Shown here: positions 48,933-61,089 of the stretch, piece by piece
Layout: every line of letters begins with the position of its first letter
How positions within the stretch are numbered: position 1 is the first letter of the stretch
NCBI RefSeq assembly: GCF_030028105.1
Contig: NC_092399.1
Coordinates: forward strand, 28,168,881-28,232,880
Source: Mobula birostris
Lineage: Eukaryota
Length of the DNA: 64,000 nucleotides
Reading direction: 5' to 3'
Program-made: the position numbers and the translations under genes
The notes under the pieces: generated by a model
What the model was told of the DNA's origin: nothing
Seen by the model: the letters and a program-made list of their open reading frames with translations, nothing else
The model's database searches: none

Positions 48933-49184
48933 CAACACACATCAAAGTTGCTGGTGAACACAGCAGGCCAGGCAGCATCTCTAGGAAGAGGTACAGTCGA
49001 TGTTTCAGGCCGAGACCTTTGAATCCCTTACTCACTCTTCCTTCAGTTAGTCCTGACGAAGGGTCTCGGCCTGAAACGTCGACTGCACCTCTTACTAGAG
49101 ATGCTGCCTGGCCTGCTGCGTTCACCAGCAACTTTGATGTGTGTTGCTTGAATTTCCAGCATCTGCAGAATTCCTCGTGTTTGG
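48933..49184. mobile_element. Palindromic Penelope pLTR insert with 12-bp TSD
   Basis: ATCACATCCATG (48921-48932) / ATCACTTCCATG (49185-49196); inverted arms of ~85 bp. Confidence 0.85.
49049..49085 (+). ncRNA. Minimal type I hammerhead ribozyme (Penelope-type)
   Basis: AGTC-CTGACGA-AGG(gtctcgg)CCT-GAAA-CG-TC-GACT: all core nucleotides and stems intact. Confidence 0.8.
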
Positions 49185-49794
49185 ATCACTTCCATGTTTA
49201 ACAAGGCAGAAATCAAACAACCTCTGAAGTGTGCATAAATCAGGGAACTCAGTTCAAAAATTTCGGATCATTCTCTTTCTAAATCAGCGGGATTGTAATC
49301 ACACAATGTAACAAATGGACCACAAACCCATATCGACCACTGTCCTTGGAAATGGTTATTATATACAAATAGCGTTATTTCTTTCTTGAGAATGCTAGAT
49401 TTATTTATTCAATGCTTATTGAGAGGCAGTGTGGAATAGGCCCTTCTGGCCTTTTGAGCTGCACCGCCTGCCCTCCGATTTAACCGGAGCCTAATCACAG
49501 GACGATTTACAATGGTTAATTAACCTACTAACAGCCATGTCTTTGGACTGTGGGAGGAAATCGGAGCACCTGGAGAAAACCCACACATTCCATGGGGAGA
49601 ATGTACAGACTCCTTACAGGCGACATCGGAATTGGACTCTGAACTCGTAATACTGCCAGAGCACCCAGCTTAGTTGCAATCGGGCACCGCATACTAGTCT
49701 GAAATCCACATCAAGAGATCCACAGGAGGACTGAAATTACTCCTTGTCTTTTACTTGCAGGGATACCAGATGCAGCAACAGAGAAGCTTATCCA

Positions 49795-50085
49795 ATTTTT
49801 GTATCAAAATAAACTTTATTGATAAAAACATTATTCGCAAGAATAAACCATGCAATGCCTTTTCAATCTTCCATTCACGGTCACTGCTCTGTTAGATTCC
49901 TTAAAACCAATATGGCTGTGTAGACCCATGGGGAGGTACAACACTACAATAACTGAGGGGCTTCCTCATCCAACCCAGCCCCTCCCTCTCCAGTAGTGGA
50001 AGAAGCCTATACTGTGGTCCTTCCCCACTGAGCCTTTGCGATGGCTGCGCCAAACTGCAGAGCATCCCTCAGCAAGTATTACTAT
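49795..50085 (-). mobile_element. Tx1/L1-clade LINE 3' end
   Basis: Minus-strand translation 'YLLRDALQFGAAIAKAQWGRTTV*', then UTR with AATAAA and an A-rich end. Confidence 0.65.
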
Positions 50086-50309
50086 AGCCTGGGACGCGCC
50101 AATCGGCAGCATTCCTCCATGGACAGCTAATCCAATTGCAATAAAGTTAACATAGAGCTGCCACATTTCCAACTGATCCTCCTAAATGCAGGGGAGGATT
50201 TTCAAAACAATAATCACTATTGCCTTTCGTTGGTGGTGATCCCTTATTCATTTGGGACACAACAAATTGTACCATTGCTGCACTGGTATTCTTCCAAAGA
50301 TCAAGGTAA

Positions 50310-51725
50310 ATGTATTTTCAAAGTATATATACATCACCGTACACTACCTGAGATTCATCTTCCTTGTGGGCATTCACAGTAAATACAAATAAACTCGATA
50401 GAATCAATAAGAAGACACACACAGCAAGAAAAGACAAACAACCAATGTGCAGAAGCTTGATGGTTGAGGGGTAATAAAGACAAAAGCTGTACAAATGCAA
50501 AAAATAATAAATAAATGTAAAGCTATAAATATTAAGAGCATGAGTTGCAGAGACTTTAAGTGTGAGACCATATGTGGAATCTGTTTAGTATTGGGGTGAG
50601 TGAATTTAGCCCATCTAGTTCAGAAAGAAGCCTGATGGCTGAGGGGAATAACTGTTCCTGAACGGTGGTGTGGCACATTAGGCTCCTGTATCTCCTTCAT
50701 GATGGCAGCAGCGAGAAGAGAGCATGACCTGGGTCCCTGTTGGTGGAGACTGTTGTCCCTGTGATGGTGCTCCTCGTAGATGTGCTCGATGGTGGGGAGG
50801 TCTTACCTTTATTGGACTGGGCTGTATCATTACTTTTTGTAGGCTTTTCCGTGCAAGGGCACTGGTGTTTCTTTTTTGCAGATGTCATAGTCCTGCTCTC
50901 TGACCGGATGGAGGAAGCACAGCAGCTACTGACAAAAGTGGAAATTGAGTGCAATAAAGTTGGTCTTCATCTAAATGCTAAAAAGACAGAGTACATGGCG
51001 TTTAACTGCGACGAAGGTACTCTCAAGACCGTAGAGAATGACACCATTAAGAAAGTCTTTGATTTCAAGTACCTCGGGTCAAGAATGATGAGTTTGGAGA
51101 AGGACATAAAGATACGGAAGGCACTGGCGTGGAGGGCTATGAATGACATGAAGGAAATCTGGAAGTCGAACCTGACCAGAGGGCTTAAAAAGAAGATTTT
51201 CATAGCAGTCATAGAGTCCATTCTCACGTACGGATGCGAGACGTGGACACTTACCAAGACGATACGAAAGTCTCTAGATGGTTGCTATACACGAATGCTC
51301 CGGATGGCTCTTGATGTGAGTTGGCAACAGCACATGATTAACATCGAGCTCTATCACAACCTACTGATGCTCTCCACTAAAATCGAGGCGAGAAGACTGC
51401 AACTAGCGGGGCACTGTCTACACCACCCCGAGCTACCTGCCAGCCTAGTCATCATATGGGAGCCCAAGCATGGGAGGATGAACCCTGGGCGCCCCCCCAA
51501 GACTATGGTCAACACGCTCCTAGAAGACAGCAGCACGGCTAATGTAGATGCACGGAACACGCTGATGAGGGAGAGGGAGAAGTGGGGAGTCTGTCATCGT
51601 GCCCGACGCTGGCCCCTTAGGCCTGAGTCAACGTTGTAGTAGTAGTAGTGACACTGGTGTTTCCATACCAGGCTGTGATATAGAGGGTCAGTATACTCAC
51701 CACTGCGCATCTATAGAAGTTTGTA
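50310..51725 (-). mobile_element. Degenerate Rex1/Babar 3' fragment split by an RTE insertion
   Basis: 'DPGHALFSLLPS'; resumes after the TSD at 51652. Confidence 0.7.
50872..51651 (+). mobile_element. 5'-truncated RTE-clade LINE
   Basis: Open frame FADVIVL..GLHLNAKKTEYM..FKYLGS..LTYGCETWTL..GRP; (TAG)n tail; exact 12-bp TSD CACTGGTGTTTC (50860-50871 / 51652-51663). Confidence 0.92.
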
Positions 51726-52379
51726 CCAGCATCTCCTTCATAATACATGTTAATTTCTCTAAATGGACTGCATTTATAATAGTCTGATGTTATTTTTATG
51801 TTTGTAGAGGTGGGATCTTCAATTAGCAGCCAGCATAATCCACGGCCCCACCCATCCCAGACTTTCTCTTTCCCACACCCTCATCCCCGCCACTGAACAG
51901 AAGATTGGGCTGAAGGCACATTCTTCTATTCCAGTGTTATCAGACTTCTGAACAGACCTCTTGTACGATAACTAGACTCCTGACATCACACTCTTACCTC
52001 TTTAAGATTGTGCACTTAATCATTCACTTGCCATGCACTCTAGTATACTTTGTTCTGCTTTGTTATTGCTCTACCTCATTCTAGCTCAATGACTGCATAA
52101 TGATTCAATTTGTATAAACAATATGCGAGACACTTAGTACATGTGGCAATACTAAAACAATACTTTGTTGATTCAATGAGCAAACAAAGAGATTGCCTGT
52201 GCTGTATTTGCCTTGGACGGTGTGTTCATAGCAGGAAGACATGCCAGACTGTTACAGGATTTTCCCCTTTCTTGAAATAAATGCACTTTGTATGTAAAAT
52301 AAGGACTACTGCCACCCAGTTTCCCATTAAGTTTACTGTGTTGTCCTATGAGGCATACGAAAACGGGAAGCTAGAACTG

Positions 52380-53040
52380 ATAATACAGAGATGTACAGCA
52401 CAGAAGGAGGCCATGCAGCCAAATATATCCGTGCTGTTCAATTGTCCACATGAACTGGACCCTTTTGCCTCTACTTGGCCCATTAAACTAGGGGTTCCCA
52501 ACCTGTTGCCATGGATCAATACCATTAAGCTAGGGGTCCATGCTTGGGACCCCCTGCTTTAAATCTTTCTTATCCATAAATTTGTCCAAAAATCTTTTTA
52601 GATTTTGTAGTTCTATCCACCTGTATCACTTCTATCTCTGCTTGTTGCATACAACTGTTACCCTCTGAGCAGAAAAATTTCTCCTTAGGACCTTTAAAAT
52701 TATCCCCCTCCTACATATCCATATCCCTCATGATTTTATATACTTCTATAAGGTTATCTCTTGGTCTCCTCTGTACCAGGGGGAAAAGAAAAGCTCCAGC
52801 CTATTCAGTATCTCCTGAAAACTTCAACACTTCAGTCCTGGTAACATCCTTTTGGATCTTTTCTTCATCCTTTCCAGTTTAATCGCATCTTTCAGATGCT
52901 GAGGGGACCAGAACTGCATGGGATATTCCAAGTATCTTGAGCAGCTGTAACATGATGGCCCAACTCTTCTACTCAGTGCACTGACTGGTGAAAGCAAGCA
53001 TGCCAAACATCTTCTTCACCTTCCTGACCAGCTATGTCAC
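52380..53040 (-). mobile_element. Degenerate CR1 3' fragment
   Basis: 'LEYPMQFWSP..LERMKKR..MLPGL'. Confidence 0.7.
52489..52556. mobile_element. 68-bp hAT-type MITE
   Basis: TIRs AGGGGTTCCCAA / TTGGGACCCCCT; 8-bp flanks CATTAAAC / CTTTAAAT; relatives at ~39335-39390 and ~39966-40022. Confidence 0.6.
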
Positions 53041-53619
53041 AGGGTTGATGTATAGTATGTTCCTCTGACACTATTGGAAGTGTTGAGATTCACCGCCACC
53101 AACAGGAACCAAGATAATCAACAAGAAAGGATGTTGGAAAAGATAGAAAAGTGTGAAAATACACTAGGGAGCAGCATTTCTGGTACGGTGATTTTCCAAC
53201 ACTCACATTTCTTTACAGCATAAAAAGATGCAGCTTGGACCATCAAACCTATGCTGACTCTCAAAGCAACCCATCATTCCCATTCTCCTTCTTATTTCTT
53301 TTAAGCCTTTCTCTCAAACATGGACATTAACAGCCTCAGACATTCCCTTCCCACCCACCTACATTAGAGAAGCTTTAAGCTACCGCCTTGATTTTACAAT
53401 TTACAAGGAAACCGGAGCATCTGGGGGAGCCTACATGGAGGGTATGCAAACTCCAGAAAGACAAAAATGAACCCCAATTGCTGGAACCACAATACATCCA
53501 TGATACCACTGAGAATAAAATATTCCGTCTAAACAGATAAATGCACTCCATTCTACATTGTGATAGTGTATCCGTTTGACAGTATGATGTGATTGGAATC
53601 AGTAGGGTTAAGTACATAC

Positions 53620-53733
53620 CTGGCAAGTTCAACCTGTCTGAAATTCATAGAAGTGAAATATTGAATGCTTGGAATGATTTCATTTCTGAATATTTGCTTG
53701 TGCATCAAAGATAAATTACTGCCAAATGATACC
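53620..53733 (-). CDS. Candidate host-gene exon (114 nt, phase 2-2): VSFGSNLSLMHKQIFRNEIIPSIQYFTSMNFRQVELA
   Basis: Acceptor TTTTCCATATTATTTCAATTTAG, donor CAG|GTATGT, single open frame. Confidence 0.4.
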
Positions 53734-54300
53734 CTAAATTGAAATAATATGGAAAAGTGCAAGGGTAGTTTACTGTTAAATAGACTGAAACCAATTCATT
53801 AACTGAGTAAACACAATGGAGCAGGTTAATATTTCAGCATAAAATAACCAATTATAATCTAGCTTTTACAAAGGGTGCTCTAGTCAGTCAGCATGCAAAG
53901 AATGTCAAAGCGTTAAATAAGTTGGCATCAAGGAACAAGAAATGTATCTCAGAAGTCTCTGTCTGTGGTGCAAACACAAACGTGGAGCCAATAGATATCT
54001 TAGAACACTTCGTATCTAAAATATATAACGTAGGCCAAAGCATTCCTATTCTAGATTGATGAGAATTGAGCATTTCATATGATTCCCTCATTGTGGAAGA
54101 GCTAACATCTGCATTGGCACTATCTTGTTCCTCCTTAAAAACACTTTTGTTTTGGTTAAGTGGTTATATTTATACATCCATTGACACTAGGGTCAAATTC
54201 AAATCTTTTGGAGATCAGTTTAATAAAGTCTGTTGGATTTCAGCATTTTTATAGATTAACAAAAGGCAAAAGGCGTCAGAGAAGTAAAAGAGCAAGTTAA

Positions 54301-56758
54301 CATGAGGAAATCTACAGATGCTGGAATTTCAAGCAACACACATAATAGTTGCTGGTGAACGCAGCAGGTCAGGCAGCATCTCTAGGAAGAGGTACAGTCG
54401 ACGTTTCAGGCCGAAACCATTCGTCAGGACTAACTGAAAGAAGAGCTAGTAAGAGATTTGAAAGCGGGAGGGGGAGGGGGAGATCCAAAATGATAGGAGA
54501 AGACAGGAGGGGGAGGGATGGAGCTAAGAGCTGGACAGGTGATTGGCAAAAGGGATATGAGAGGATCATGGGACAGGAGGCCAAGGGAGAAAGAAAAGGG
54601 GGAGGGGGGAAAAGCCCCAGAGGATGGGCAAGGGGTATAGTGAGAGGGACAGAGGGAGAAAAAGGAGAGAGAGAGAGAAAGAATGTGTGTATATAAATAA
54701 ATAAGTAAGGGATGGGGTACGAGGGGGAGGTGGGGCAGAAGTCTGAGAAATCAGTGTTCATGCCATCAGGTTGGAGGCTCCACAGACGGAATATAAGGTG
54801 TTGTTCCTCCAACCTGAGTGTGGCTTCATCTTTACGGTAGAGGAGGCCGTGGATAGACATGTCAGAATGGGAATGGGATGTGGAATTAAAATGTGTGGCC
54901 ACTGGGAGATCCTGCTTTCTCTGGTGGACAGAGCGTAGGTGTAAAACGATCTCCCAGTCTGCGTCGGGTCTCACCAATATATAGGAGGCCACATCGGGAG
55001 CACCGGACGCAGTATATCACCCCAGCCGACTCACAGATGAAGTGTTGCCTCACCTGGAAGGACTGTCTGGGGCCCTGAATGGTAGTGAGGGAGGAAGTGT
55101 AAGGGCATGTGTAGCACTTGTTCCACTTACGAGGATAAGTGCCAGGAGGGAGATCGGTGGGGAGGGATGGGGGTGACGAATGGACAAGAGAGTCGTGTAA
55201 GGAGCGATCTCTGCGGAAAGCAGAGTGGGGGAGAGGGAAAGATGTGCTTAGTTGTGGGATCCCATTGGAGGTGGCAGAAGTTACGGAGAATTATATATTG
55301 GACCCGGAGGCTGGTGGGGTGGTAGGTGAGGACAAGGGGAACCCTATTCCTAGTGGGGTGGCGGGAGGATGGAGTGAGAGCAGATGTCCGTGAAATGGGG
55401 GAGATGCGTTTGGGAGCAGAGTTGATAGTGGAGGAAGGGAAGCCCCTTTCTTTAAGAAAAGAGGACATTTCTTTCATCCTGGAATGAAAAGCCTCATCCT
55501 GAGAGCAGATGCGGGCAGAGATGGAGGAATTGCGAGAAGGGGATGGTATTTTTGCAAGAGACAGGGTGAGAAGAGGAATAGTCCAGATAGCTGTGAGGGC
55601 CAGTAGGTTTATAGTAGGCATCAGTGGATAAGCTGTCTCCAGAGATAGAGACAGAATGGTCTAGAAAGGGAAGGCAGGTGTTGGAAATGGACCGGGTAAA
55701 CTTGAGGGCAGAGCGAAAGTTGGAGGCAAAGTTAATGAAGCCAACGAGCTCAGCATGCGTGCAGGAAGCAGCGTCGATGCAGTCGTCGATGTAGCGAAGG
55801 AAAAATGGGGGACAGATACCAGAATAGGTTTGGAACATAGATTGTTCCACAAAGCCAACAAAAAGGCAGGCACAGCTGGGACTCATATGGGTGCCCATGA
55901 CTACACCTTTAGTTTGGAGGAAGTGGGAGGAGCCAAAGGAGAAATTATTAAGAGTATGGACTAATTCCGCTAGACGGAGCAGAGTGGTGGTAGAGGGGAA
56001 CTGGTTAGGTCTGGAACCCAAAAAGAAGCGGAGAGTTTTGAGACCTTCCTGATGGGGGATGGAGGTATATAGGGACTGGACATCCATGGTGAAAATAAAG
56101 TGGTGGGGGTCAGGGAACTTAAAATCATCGAAAAGTTTCAGTGTGTGAGAAGTGTCATGAACATAGGTAGGAAAGGATTGAACAAGGGGGGATAAAACTG
56201 TGTCGAGGTATGCAGAAACGAGTTCGGTGGGGCGGGAGCAAGCTGAGACAATAGGTCTGCCAGGACAGGCAAGTTTGTGGATCTTGGGTAGGAGGTAGAA
56301 ATGGGGAGTGCGAGGTGTGGGAACTATAAGGTTGGTAGCAGTGGATGGGAGATCCCCTGAGTGGATAAAGTCAGTGATGGTGTGGGAGACAATGGCCTGG
56401 TGCTGCTTAGTGGGGTCATGATCGAGGGGTAAGTAAGAGGAGGTATCTGCGAGTTGTCCCTGTGCCTCAGCAAGGTAGAGGTCAGTATGCCAGACTACAA
56501 CAGCACCCCCTTTATCGGCGGGTTTTATAGTAAGGTTAGGATTAGTGCTGAGGAGTGGAGAGAAGAGTGCCCTTTTCTCCTCCCCCTTTTCTTTCTCCCT
56601 CCCCCTCCTGTCTTCTCCTATCATTTCGGATCTCCCCTCCCCCTCCCACTTTCAAATCTCTTACTATCTCTTCTTTTAGTTGGTCCTGACGAAGTGTCTC
56701 GGCCGGAAACGTCAACTGTACCTCTTCCTAGAGATGCTGCCTGGCCTATTGCGTTCAC
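54301..56758 (-). mobile_element. Penelope-like element (RT + GIY-YIG), 5'-truncated with inverted pLTR, frameshifted
   Basis: KPADKGGAVV, YLLPKIHK, GRPIVS, MDVQSLYTSIP, GVVMG, LRYIDD, LPFLD; GIY-YIG region; pLTR at 54301-54530 and inverted at ~56575-56758; TSD AAAGAGCAAGTTAA / AAAGAACAAGTTAA. Confidence 0.95.
54395..54432 (-). ncRNA. Hammerhead ribozyme in the Penelope 3' pLTR (one stem II mismatch)
   Basis: Minus strand AGTC-CTGACGA-ATG(gtttcgg)CCT-GAAA-CGTC-GACT. Confidence 0.65.
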
Positions 56759-56844
56759 AAAGAACAAGTTAATACGTTTAGGTTTTCTCAACTTTTGGGA
56801 ATATGGACCACAAACTGACTTAACAGTACATCAGTCCACCAGCC

Positions 56845-57262
56845 ACCAGATGCCCATTATGCCACTGGGGTTGAGGGCAGCAGTGAAGGTCCTCCATCTC
56901 TCACTGTGTTCAGCACTTCCCTTAACATGTCAATAGCTTCCCCTCCATTTTCACTACTGTCAGTCATGCAAGTCCCAGATGGAGACTCTGGAATACCGTT
57001 GCACTCAGGTGCAGAAGGATCGTCATTGTTGTTTCCGTAACAATTTTGCTTTTACCAGTCAGGGTTGTAGGCCCTGAGCTGAACCCCCGAACCTGCAACA
57101 CTAGTGGACCACTCTTAGTCTAGCCTCTATCCTTAGACCTGTTTAGCATGGGTGACTCTACCAAGAGCCAAAGCATTAAGCCAGCCAACATAGCTGTCTG
57201 GGTCATTGAGACATGCAAGGCTCCAAACCCAGCAACAAGGCTGCAGTCCTCTTGGAGGACAT
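56845..57262 (-). mobile_element. RTE/BovB-type family B element
   Basis: Longest of three copies; BovB-like 5' end. Confidence 0.7.
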
Positions 57263-59140
57263 CCATCTAGCCTTATTAATGTAGGTAGACTTACTCATGC
57301 TCCTCCTGAAGACATGGCTGCATTGTTGACTAAGATTTCCGAAGATTAGGCTCAAGCAAAACATTATGATATTGCCATTGTGGATCATGAAACTCTATAA
57401 ATGTACAGGTCATGATAGGATCTATAGACCATTGATTGTAAATATTATCCAGCTTACCATCTAAGCATGCCCATTTATTGGATAATTCTACTCAATCTGA
57501 CATCTCTCCAAAGCTCATCATTATCCTGAAGCAAATCTGCCTTTGTGACTACTTTTATTTTCCCTAATAGGCATTGTGTTAACTCTAAACTAATTCTTGC
57601 ACGGAATTCATGTCCGGACCTCAGATTTCAAAGCTGACTCACCTTCCTGAGGCATGTTAATTATTTCGTACTGAACTGCTGTCGCTCAATTGTGCACATC
57701 TATAACTGTCATTCTTTACAGTTTCCATCAAGCATTTTTGCATTTAATTGTTTTGTATAGGAAAAATATACTTATGCACACTCTCCAGCATCTCAGTATC
57801 ATAAAACATTTATCAACAAATGCAAGACTCCCTTTGGGTTCAGGAGGCGACTGGAAGTCCTTAAACTTATTTTGAACTTTGAACATTGAAATTTGTCTCA
57901 CCCCTTACTTCTGATGTCTCAGAGCCTTACTATCTGATTTGTGAGTGTTTGTGGGGAAGAATGTTAACATTTTTAATGCAAAATTGCCAAATAACTTTTC
58001 TCCCATATACATTCTGAATTTGACAAACACACACATTAATAGCACCAGATAACTTTTGGCAAATTGTACCTTGGCGATTTATTCCAATTTACTCACTGAA
58101 ATTATTTTAGGAAAACCTACACTTATGAAGGCAATTTTCCTCTTTTTAATTTAAGCTTTTCTTAGATATCCTATTAATTATCAATTTATCTCATCCACGA
58201 GTCTGTCAAATATGATATTCAAGGTAAAGTATATAGCTTAAATATTCCCTTTGCTCTCGTGCATTTATGTACTTCAATTGTTTTTGAGAACGTGGGAAAA
58301 TTAGAGATAGACGAAAGATAATAGAAGTTCCCACAGGTAAGTTGTGGCAGAAAGCCATGTCCAAAGAAATGTGATGTAGATCTTCTGCAAATGATAAAGC
58401 TAATGACCTATGATGTGTTTCCATGAAGTGTGATGGCCATAATGAAGATGACAAAAACATGAAACAGTCCAGTGGTGTGATGCCCGTGCTGTATATAGCA
58501 GCTGTTTTAAATGTACAATAAGCAGAAAATGGCAAGAAAATACCTGACCAAATGCTATCAAAGCAGACCTTTTGAGTTGGAATAGATAGCTTGAAAAATG
58601 GTCAGGGAGCAGATACTCTAAGCTGATTTTAAGGCAGCATCAGTTCAAGTGGAGGAGTGGGAAGCAATGGATTAGTCCCACAGTCAGCTGTAAAGCATTA
58701 CTGTAAGAACAACTGGACAGGACTAACTTTGCTAATTGGGAACTGTGGGCGTCATCATGTACGAACAGGAGCTGTAGGATAGAAAATAGATTGAAAGAGG
58801 AAAGATGGGCAAAGGAAGAGGATAAAAGAAAAAGAAGTTTCTGGCAATAGTTCCCACCTGAGACAGTAAAAGGGAGGTTAGACAAGAACCTGATGAGACC
58901 CGTTACAGTGGAAACTGTATTGTTAGGGAATATTTTTACAAAATATTCTGAAGGCACTCTGTATGATGATGTAGAACAAATATCCTCCCCCGTTAAGTAA
59001 GTCAGATCTAGTGGGAGTAAAAATAAAATGAACAAATCTACACGCAGATGAGAAGTAAGTCATAGGATTGTAGCAGACCTTGTTGGAATGTCTATGTAAT
59101 TGATCCATTGTCCCTACACAGACAGGGTATGGAATAGTCA

Positions 59141-59918
59141 GAATCATCATCATCATCATCATCAGGTGCCATGCCCAGTTTGAGCTTTGACTGTCATGGC
59201 CCACACACTCCTGTTTCGGGTCAAGTGGATCAATTCATTGGTATTCATTTCCAGTTCTCTGGCTGCTGGTTCCATCATCATTTGACTTTGCCTTCCTCTT
59301 GCTTTCTTCCCTTCAATCTTTCCCATAATTACCGTGCATTCTACTCCTCTTTCCTAATCACATGTCCAATGAAGTTACGTTGCCTTTTCATGATCACGTA
59401 CATTATTTCTCTTTTTTGTGCTTGCTCTGTTCATGACATCCTCGTTAGATATTCGTTTTGTCCATGATGTTCTTTGGACCCTCCTCAAAAACCACATCTC
59501 TACTGCTTCAATTCGTTTCCTCGTGCTACTAGATATTGTCCAACATTCTGAGCCATATAACATAACTGGATAAACGTAGCATTTCAGTACTCTGAGGTGG
59601 GTTGTTATGCCTAGTTTAGTATTGGTCATTATAATCTTCATTCTCATAAATGTGTTTTTTGCCATCTCTGTTCTTCTTTTGATGTCACCCAGCTTGCTAA
59701 GTAGCAAAAGTTCTGTACTTGTTTTATGCCTTCCCCGTTTATTCTCAGCCTGCAGATAGGATTCTCCTTCTTTTTGGATATCACCATACATTGTTTTTTT
59801 GCAATTGATAGATAGACCCATTTTTGCACTTTTTTCAACAACTATATCAATTAAGTTTTGTAGTTCTTCCTCCGTACTTGCAATTAGCACAGTGTCATCC
59901 GCATATCTAAATTTATTG
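59141..59918 (-). mobile_element. 5'-truncated RTE-clade LINE with internal deletions
   Basis: RYADDTVLIA..GLSINCKKT; MLYGSECWT..EMWFLRR; (GAT)n tail; TSD ATGGAATAGTCA / ATGGAATCGTCA. Confidence 0.9.
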
Positions 59919-60051
59919 ATGGAATCGTCACAGGATGTAAAAGAGACAGAGAAGCTAAATGCATATGCCAAAAAATGTAGGGTTAGATGATAATTTTATG
60001 AATGCAAATAGCCTTTGGAGTAATATGGCAAGTAACTACTGTCCTATTGTG

Positions 60052-60345
60052 GGCGCCATGGTAGGGTAGCGTTTAGCACGATGCTACTACAGCTCGGGGC
60101 GTTGGAATTTGGAGTTTAATTCTGACATCATCTGCAAGGAGTCTATATGTTCTCCCCGTGAATGCGGGGGTTTTCTCCGGGTGCTCCTCCCACAGTCCAA
60201 AGACCTACTAGTTTTGGTTTATTGGTCATTGTAAATTGTCCCATGATTGGGCTAGGGTTGAATCAGTGTTTGCTAGGGAGGCGCGGCTCTCAAAGGCTGG
60301 AAAGGACTATTCTGTGCTGTATCTTTAAAGAATAAATTAATAAAA
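60052..60345 (+). mobile_element. V-domain tRNA SINE
   Basis: tRNA-like head; CTCCCACAGTCCAAAGAC core; GTGCTGTATCTTTAAA + A-rich tail. Confidence 0.75.
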
Positions 60346-61089
60346 GACCTTCGATGATAGGTAGTATCAAAAGTAAATTTTATTGATCAAATGCTGACCA
60401 AGAGCATTAGTCTCATCCTATATTGGCCAAGTAGTATTACAACTACTGCTGGAACATGAATAGTTATGAATAGGTTTATTCATCAAGAAAAAAAATGCTC
60501 ACTTTTACTGAAAGCATAGCAAAAAGTATATTACTTTTGATTTTTAAATAATTTTAGAACCTTATACCTTGGTGACTTCTTTAACATATAGTAGAATAAG
60601 TTAAATCAACAAAAGAGCTTGGAGTTTGTCCGATCACTGCATCATGCAGGATGTCCACAGGACTCACACAAGAAAAAGTAATGAATGCCATCACTCCATC
60701 TGAGGAAGTCTTTAGGAGAATGTGACAGCGAGAAGAATTGCAGGAGGGAAATAAATCATCATCTTCGGGAGAAATTAGTCACATCTCAGATGATAATAAT
60801 CCAAGGTAAATCATGCTAAATCTATTGTTAGCTAGAAGACAGGAAACACCGTACATGACAATATGTGAGGTGGAATAATTTAGGACAATAGGAACTGAAC
60901 CTTGAGTGAGTTATACTATATGAGTGGGCCAAGTATGAGACCACTGGAGGTCCATCTCAATACTGCGAATATTATCGCTTTTTTAAAATTGTGTCGCACC
61001 AGTCAGTCATTCTAGTCTGGTGTGTGGTGTCAGGATTGGTCTCCTTTCGGATTAACCGGGTCATGATATGGAAGTTCCTGACCCGACCC

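Noticed and set aside
58290-58340. Plus-strand exon with perfect CAG|GTAAGT donor
   Set aside because: Weak GAG acceptor and no consistent plus-strand exon chain found
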